Both the position numbers and the translations under genes were made by a program. A stretch of DNA of 64,000 nt, taken from positions 2,237,482 to 2,301,481 of the forward strand of contig OY782781.1 in NCBI GenBank assembly GCA_963678315.1, in the 5' to 3' direction. The stretch comes from Candidatus Cloacimonadales bacterium (GTDB lineage: Bacteria; Cloacimonadota; Cloacimonadia; Cloacimonadales; JAFGVF01). The notes below the pieces were generated by a model, which saw only the letters and a list, made by a program, of their open reading frames with translations, did not search any database and had not been told where the DNA came from. Shown in pieces: positions 58,778 to 64,000 of this stretch (its first letter is position 1; each line of letters begins with the position of its first letter).

Positions 58778-60142
58778 TTATTTTCTTTCAAGAACGATAT
58801 AGTTTTCTATATGGTAAGTGTTAGGAAACATATCAAAAGGAATAACTTTGGAGACATTAAAGTCAGCTTTAATCAAATCTTGTACATCTCGCTTTTGAGT
58901 CATTGGGTTACAAGATAAGTAGAGTATTTTTTTAATAGAAGAACTTTTTATGAGCTCTCTAATTGATGTATCTAGTCCTTTTCTTGGAGGATCAAAAACT
59001 ATAGTATCAATGTTAACTTGGCTTATGAGCTTATTGAAGATTTGTTCAAGATCGTTATTGATAACTTTTAAGTTTCTAACACTATTGATTTGTGTATTTT
59101 CAATAGCATCCTGAGTTGCAAATTCGTTATTCTCTACAGATATAACTTGCTTAGCTTTTTTAGCAATGTATAAGCCAATAGTAGAAACTCCACTGTAAGC
59201 ATCTAAAACTATTGAATCTTTATCAATATCACGCAATATCTGATTATAAATATTCTCAGTTTGATCTCTATTTATTTGGAAGAATGATTGATAATGTATC
59301 TTATATTTCAATTGACCAATATAATCAAAGAAATAATCATTGCCGTATAAGACTTTATCTTCAGAAGCAAGAATCTTATTAGTGTTGGAGCTATTGATAT
59401 TCTGGATAATCCCAATAATTTCAGGGTATTCACTGGTCAAAGAACTAACTAATTGATTAGTAAAAGCAAGTTTTCTCTTTCTGGTTACAATAACTATCAG
59501 GAGTTGGCCTTGCTTGTTGATTCTAAAACCTAAATGTCTTATATTCCCTTTATGTGATTTCTCGTTATAAACTTGCTCTTTTGCTTTGGTTAAATGTAGG
59601 CAAATAAGTTTTGCAATGTTGATTATTTTTGGAGAAACTAGCTTACATTGGTCAGCTGAAATTACGTCATGAGTCATTGTTTTAAACAAACCAAAAGTAA
59701 TCTCATTTCCATTATTTGTAACAGGGAAATACATTTTATTTCTATAAGAATAGAATTTTAAAGAAGAACGGCATTGTTCAATTTTATCAACATATTGAGG
59801 AAATATATCTTCTATAATTGATTTCTTAAACATTGTTTGATCATTATAGTTAACATCAAGCCAATTACAACCACCACATTTAAGAAATGATGGACAGGTT
59901 ATTTCTTTTCTTTCTATACCTGGTGATATTAGTTTAATGATTTTCCCTTTAAAATAGTCTTTCTTTTCAGAGATAACTTTGATATTAACTACATCATTAG
60001 GATATGCGTAAGGGACAAAAACTTTCTTACCTTCGTACTCCCCCATTCCAAGACCTTTGAAGACAACTTTATCTATTTTAACATCTTTTAGAATCATAAT
60101 TTCCCAATCATTTTCATTATTCTTAATTGCCATACCATCCAA
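58778..60142 (-). CDS. 23S rRNA (uracil-C5)-methyltransferase RlmD/RumA family (TRAM + [4Fe-4S] + SAM MTase)
   Basis: Cys cluster CPSFLKCGGCNW, and SAM-binding VLDAYSGVSTIG, DPPRKG and C-terminal catalytic Cys motifs. 454 aa. Confidence 0.8.
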   Translation of the reverse strand: MDGMAIKNNENDWEIMILKDVKIDKVVFKGLGMGEYEGKKVFVPYAYPNDVVNIKVISEKKDYFKGKIIKLISPGIERKEITCPSFLKCGGCNWLDVNYNDQTMFKKSIIEDIFPQYVDKIEQCRSSLKFYSYRNKMYFPVTNNGNEITFGLFKTMTHDVISADQCKLVSPKIINIAKLICLHLTKAKEQVYNEKSHKGNIRHLGFRINKQGQLLIVIVTRKRKLAFTNQLVSSLTSEYPEIIGIIQNINSSNTNKILASEDKVLYGNDYFFDYIGQLKYKIHYQSFFQINRDQTENIYNQILRDIDKDSIVLDAYSGVSTIGLYIAKKAKQVISVENNEFATQDAIENTQINSVRNLKVINNDLEQIFNKLISQVNIDTIVFDPPRKGLDTSIRELIKSSSIKKILYLSCNPMTQKRDVQDLIKADFNVSKVIPFDMFPNTYHIENYIVLERK

Positions 60143-60807
60143 ATAGCTTCATAAACTATTGATTTAGACATCTTGGATTTACCATCCCTTCTTTCATAGA
60201 ATACGATAGGTACTTCTTTCACTTTAAAATTTCTTATAACAGTACGATAATTCATTTCAATTTGAAAAGAATAGCCATCAGATAATATTTTATCAAGATC
60301 GATACTTTCAAGCACCTGAGTTTTAAAACACTTAAAGCCACCTGTTGGGTCGTCTATCTTCATTCCTGTAATCACTTTCACATAGAAAGAAGCAAAGTAA
60401 CTCAACATTAACCTTGACATAGGCCAATTTACTACATTTACACCTTCAGAATACCTAGAACCAATTGCTAAATCACAATCATTCATAGCCGAGATTAAGC
60501 GAGGTAAATCACTAGGTGAATGAGAAAAATCAGCATCCATTTCTATTACATAATCAAACTTGTTTCTAATTGCAAATTTAAAGCCTTCAACATATGCTGT
60601 ACCAAGTCCTAGCTTACCTTTTCTTTCTATAAGGTGTATCCGGTCTGTTTCAGTCATTAACTTGATAACTTCTTTTCCAGTACCATCAGGAGAATTATCA
60701 TCTACTACTAAGATTTCAATTCTTTCATCTTGCTCTAGTACTACATTGATTATCTTTTTGATATTATCAATTTCATTATATGTTGGAATTATAACTAATA
60801 TTCTCAC
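60094..60807 (-). CDS. GT2 glycosyltransferase, polyprenol-phosphate mannose/glucose synthase-like
   Basis: 237 aa with IIPTYNE...VVDDNSPDGTG and a DAD acceptor motif (EMDADFSH), as in the DPM1-like family. Confidence 0.75.
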   Translation of the reverse strand: MRILVIIPTYNEIDNIKKIINVVLEQDERIEILVVDDNSPDGTGKEVIKLMTETDRIHLIERKGKLGLGTAYVEGFKFAIRNKFDYVIEMDADFSHSPSDLPRLISAMNDCDLAIGSRYSEGVNVVNWPMSRLMLSYFASFYVKVITGMKIDDPTGGFKCFKTQVLESIDLDKILSDGYSFQIEMNYRTVIRNFKVKEVPIVFYERRDGKSKMSKSIVYEAIWMVWQLRIMKMIGKL

Positions 60808-60883
60808 CTAACCATCCTAAAATAACTTAAGACTGAGCAAACAGCCTTAAGTTAACAAAATATTATATAAAATTAATAAAATA

Positions 60884-61633
60884 CTAATCTAAATTATTGT
60901 CAAGTAATTGCTCTTGCGGAACATCTCTAAACTTTCTTGCTGGATTTCCTGCATATATTCCTGGTTCAGTATAATCTTTTGTAACTAAAGAACCTGCAGC
61001 TATAGCAACATCTTTTCCTAACGTTTTACCAGGCAATAAGGTAGAATTAACACCAATACGGCAACCTGTCTTAAGAGTAGCACCTTTAAAGTGGTTAAAT
61101 CTTTCTTTATCTCTAGCCATATAATTATCATTACTTGTAGCAACACATGGAGCAACAAAGCAGTAATCTTCAACTTCTGAATATGCTGTAATATAGGCAT
61201 TAGTTTCAAATTTATTCTTGTTACCTATTTTAGTAAAATTCTCAATTGTAACATTCCTACCAATTATATTTAAATCACCAACTTCAACATTCTCTCTTAC
61301 TGTAGCTAAGTCAGCAATCAGATTATTATTACCAATTTTAGATTGAACATAAATTACTACATTAGCACCAATTTGGCACATATCTCCGATTATAGCAGCG
61401 TCCATATTATCTTTAACCTTAAAGATACTTCTAGGAGAAGATAGTGGCTTCTTTCCAATAATAACATTGTCGTCTATTCTAACATGATGTCCTATCTTAG
61501 AACCTTCGTAAATTACAACATTGTTAGCGATTTGGCAACCATCACCAATCTCTACATTATCCATAATAATAACGTTAAATCCAATTTTAACATCATTACC
61601 AATCTTAGCTGTTTTTGAAATAACTTGATTCAT
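60884..61633 (-). CDS. Hexapeptide-repeat (LbH) acetyltransferase
   Basis: Many tandem [LIV]-G-x-x-x-x hexapeptides and a C-terminal AGSLVTKD...AGNPARKF, as in sugar O-/N-acetyltransferases. Confidence 0.7.
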   Translation of the reverse strand: MNQVISKTAKIGNDVKIGFNVIIMDNVEIGDGCQIANNVVIYEGSKIGHHVRIDDNVIIGKKPLSSPRSIFKVKDNMDAAIIGDMCQIGANVVIYVQSKIGNNNLIADLATVRENVEVGDLNIIGRNVTIENFTKIGNKNKFETNAYITAYSEVEDYCFVAPCVATSNDNYMARDKERFNHFKGATLKTGCRIGVNSTLLPGKTLGKDVAIAAGSLVTKDYTEPGIYAGNPARKFRDVPQEQLLDNNLD

Positions 61634-61683
61634 ATATTCACCTTTATATAATTTTTAGATTAAAATTTTTATAATATTGAGCA

Positions 61684-62220
61684 TTATTTGATTAGTTTCG
61701 ATATTTCTCTAAAACTTTCATGTTTTGCATCTTGCATTAATTCAAATAGAATCATCTCTGTTGATAAGATATCTATTCCCTTGTTTTCTAAACGTGTAAG
61801 AGCAAATAGTTTGTTTTCTATATTTCTTGAGGAAACAGCATCTGCTACAATACCAACTTTATATCCTTTGCTTTTCAATTCTATAGCTGTTTGCATTAAA
61901 CAAACATGAGTTTCTACACCATATATTACAATACTTGACTTTTTCAAATCAACTATAGCTTTTTCAACTTCTGCAGTAAGAGCGCTAAACTTATACTTTT
62001 CAAAGATAGGAGTACCTTTAGGTATATATATATGGTCAATAGTATGACCCAATCCTTTAGGATATTGTTCAGTGATTATTAATGGTAAACCTAGTAACTC
62101 TGAAGATTTATTTAATATAATTGAGTTATTTATAACTTCATCCATAGAAAATATTACATTTGTGAACTTTTCTTGCATATCAATCATTAAGAAAAGTGTG
62201 TCATCTTGTTTAAAACGCAT
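61684..62220 (-). CDS. Isochorismatase-family cysteine hydrolase
   Basis: 178 aa with LFLMIDMQEKF and a catalytic Cys in GVETHVCLMQT. Confidence 0.7.
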   Translation of the reverse strand: MRFKQDDTLFLMIDMQEKFTNVIFSMDEVINNSIILNKSSELLGLPLIITEQYPKGLGHTIDHIYIPKGTPIFEKYKFSALTAEVEKAIVDLKKSSIVIYGVETHVCLMQTAIELKSKGYKVGIVADAVSSRNIENKLFALTRLENKGIDILSTEMILFELMQDAKHESFREISKLIK

Positions 62221-62350
62221 TTATACACTCCAAAAATTTATTGACTAATCTCTGTCTATATTGTATAATGACTAATATTAATATAAATGATTTCTTGTAA
62301 ATTAATATTTTACAAGATTTCATTTCAGACCTTTATATAAAGGAGCTAAA

Positions 62351-64000
62351 ATGTTTAATCTATGTGACAATGCTAAAATAAATACAGTCTTAAATGATAT
62401 AGTTAAAAGAGTCAATAATCTTGCTGAAGAACAATTAGACCATATAAACAGACTTACAGAAATTGGTTTATCACTTTCTCAAGACAATAAAATTGAGGAT
62501 GTATTTGATTTAATCCTTTCTGAGGCAATTGCATTTACTAATGCTGATGGTGCAACTATCTATTCTGTTACTGAAGACAAAAAGAGTTTAGAATTTGCTT
62601 TAATGGTTACCCGTTCTAAAGGAATTAAGGCTGGCGGTAAATACGGTCAAGTTAAACTCAAACCTGTTCCGATATACAGAGAAGATGGACTACCAAACAT
62701 GTCGCATCAAGCCTCTTGTGTTTTTCATACAAAAGAATTTTTAGAGTTTGATGATTATTACCATCAAGATAGATTTGATCCATCTGGAACCATAGCCTGG
62801 GACAAAGCTAATGATTATAGATGTAAATCAATGTTGGCTATCCCATTAATGAATCATGAAAAGGATGTTCTTGGAGTAATCCAGCTTATTAACGCAATAG
62901 ATAAGCATACTGGTGAGATAATAAGCTTCCCTAAAGAATCCATAACCATGGTTATGTCCTTAGCTTCCCAAGCTGCTATAGCATTAACAAACAAATACTT
63001 GATATACTCTCTAGAGAAGCTATTCAAGGAATTTATCAAAGCTATTGCGCTCGCACTTGATAGAAAATCCAAGCATACTGGTGGACATATTGAAAGAGTT
63101 GCCAAGATATGTATGATGATTGCTAATAAAGTCAATAGTGATAAAACTGGATATTACAAGAATGTGGAGTTCTCAAAAATAGAACTTGATGAACTATCAA
63201 TTGCTGCCTGGTTACATGATGTTGGTAAAATAGCTACTCCTGATCATATAATGAATAAAGCAACAAAACTTAATCTACCATTCGATAAGATAGACCTTAT
63301 AGATTCTCGAAAAGACACAATATTAGCTTTACATAATAATGATAAGTACATACAAACTAATTTTAAAAACAGGACTAATTTCAATTATCTCGAACTTGAA
63401 CCTTCAACTGAACAAGAATATCAACAAGCAATAATTAAGAAAATTGAAGATGACTTCTTATTCTTGCAAGAAGTAAATATAGGTGGCGAATACTTTAGCC
63501 ACGAAAAAGAACTTAGTGTCAAAAGAATTGCTAAGTTTGTTTATTTCATAAATGATACAAAAAAGAATTTTATTGAAGCAGATGAACTTAAAAATCTTCT
63601 CATAGCTAGAGGTACCCATACTAATGAAGAAACCAAGATTATGCATGATCATGTTAAAATATCTTATGAAATATTAAATCAGATGTCTTATCCTAAAAGA
63701 TATTCTAATGTACCAATCTATGCTTCTTCACACCATGAGAAAATGAATGGAGATGGCTATCCATGGGGATTCTCAGCTGACGAGCTTCCTCTTCAATCAA
63801 GGATATTAGCAGTATCGGATATATTCGAAGCTTTAACTGCTCCTGATAGACCATACAAATCTGGGAAAAAGCTCTCTGAATCAATGAAGATACTTGCATA
63901 TATGGTTAAAGATGGTCATATTGATAAGAATCTTTTCAAATTAATCCTTGACTCAAACTTTATTGAAGAATATTCGGAGAAACATATTCCTGCTATCCAA
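62351..64000 (+). CDS. GAF domain-HD-GYP phosphodiesterase (partial; runs off the window end)
   Basis: Own translation shows an uninterrupted frame from ATG 62351 to the window end. The N-terminal region is GAF-like. The HD-GYP signatures are AAWLHDVGKIATPD and HHEKMNGDGYPWG. Confidence 0.75.
   Translation, partial: MFNLCDNAKINTVLNDIVKRVNNLAEEQLDHINRLTEIGLSLSQDNKIEDVFDLILSEAIAFTNADGATIYSVTEDKKSLEFALMVTRSKGIKAGGKYGQVKLKPVPIYREDGLPNMSHQASCVFHTKEFLEFDDYYHQDRFDPSGTIAWDKANDYRCKSMLAIPLMNHEKDVLGVIQLINAIDKHTGEIISFPKESITMVMSLASQAAIALTNKYLIYSLEKLFKEFIKAIALALDRKSKHTGGHIERVAKICMMIANKVNSDKTGYYKNVEFSKIELDELSIAAWLHDVGKIATPDHIMNKATKLNLPFDKIDLIDSRKDTILALHNNDKYIQTNFKNRTNFNYLELEPSTEQEYQQAIIKKIEDDFLFLQEVNIGGEYFSHEKELSVKRIAKFVYFINDTKKNFIEADELKNLLIARGTHTNEETKIMHDHVKISYEILNQMSYPKRYSNVPIYASSHHEKMNGDGYPWGFSADELPLQSRILAVSDIFEALTAPDRPYKSGKKLSESMKILAYMVKDGHIDKNLFKLILDSNFIEEYSEKHIPAIQ

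Noticed and set aside
1-64000. CRISPR array search
   Set aside because: No regularly spaced direct repeats of 24-48 bp with unique spacers were seen. The only repeats found are the tandem gene duplication, the two MITE copies and the short palindromic repeats.

Overview
This is an AT-rich (about 30% GC) bacterial chromosomal segment, densely coding and mostly on the minus strand. Several secreted proteins carry T9SS-type C-terminal sorting domains, which suggests an FCB-group-like anaerobe. Identified genes and operons: topA (5' part), an unknown orf, secA, an M18 aminopeptidase, and a tightly coupled biotin operon bioB-bioA-[FabZ-like dehydratase::SDR ketoreductase fusion]-[ACP-like]-[KAS]-[small hotdog-like]-bioF-bioD. 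Then a 4-subunit 2-oxoacid:ferredoxin oxidoreductase with an aminotransferase, hflX, a spoVG-like gene, a secreted endonuclease I, two tandem paralogous T9SS-CTD proteins, iorAB, a tryptophanase/tyrosine phenol-lyase-family gene, an M28 peptidase, mrp/apbC and a flavoprotein. Further on: an SPFH protein, a hybrid sensor kinase, a large HExxH protein, an M14 carboxypeptidase, relA/spoT, a Bax-like glucosaminidase, folA, a PHP phosphoesterase, udk, a GT2 glycosyltransferase, dnaX and the selenocysteine cluster tRNA-Sec(selC)-selA-selB. Last come a NuoF-like/NuoE-like flavoprotein module with an HK-like ATPase, a DUF1016/YhcG nuclease pseudogene, rlmD, a second GT2 enzyme, a hexapeptide acetyltransferase, an isochorismatase-like hydrolase and a partial GAF-HD-GYP protein. 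The most notable observations are these. (1) A biotin operon with an embedded dedicated FAS-II-like enzyme set (KAS + ACP + dehydratase-ketoreductase fusion + hotdog), a candidate uncharacterised pimeloyl-ACP synthesis route, plus a BirA-like operator palindrome upstream of bioB. (2) A roughly 165-200 bp MITE-like element with terminal inverted repeats in two copies, one in the bio promoter region and one precisely interrupting a YhcG-family nuclease gene. (3) A family of short palindromic intergenic repeats. (4) A selC-selA-selB operon next to a flavoprotein module that lacks its catalytic partner. (5) A tandem gene duplication of T9SS cargo proteins.
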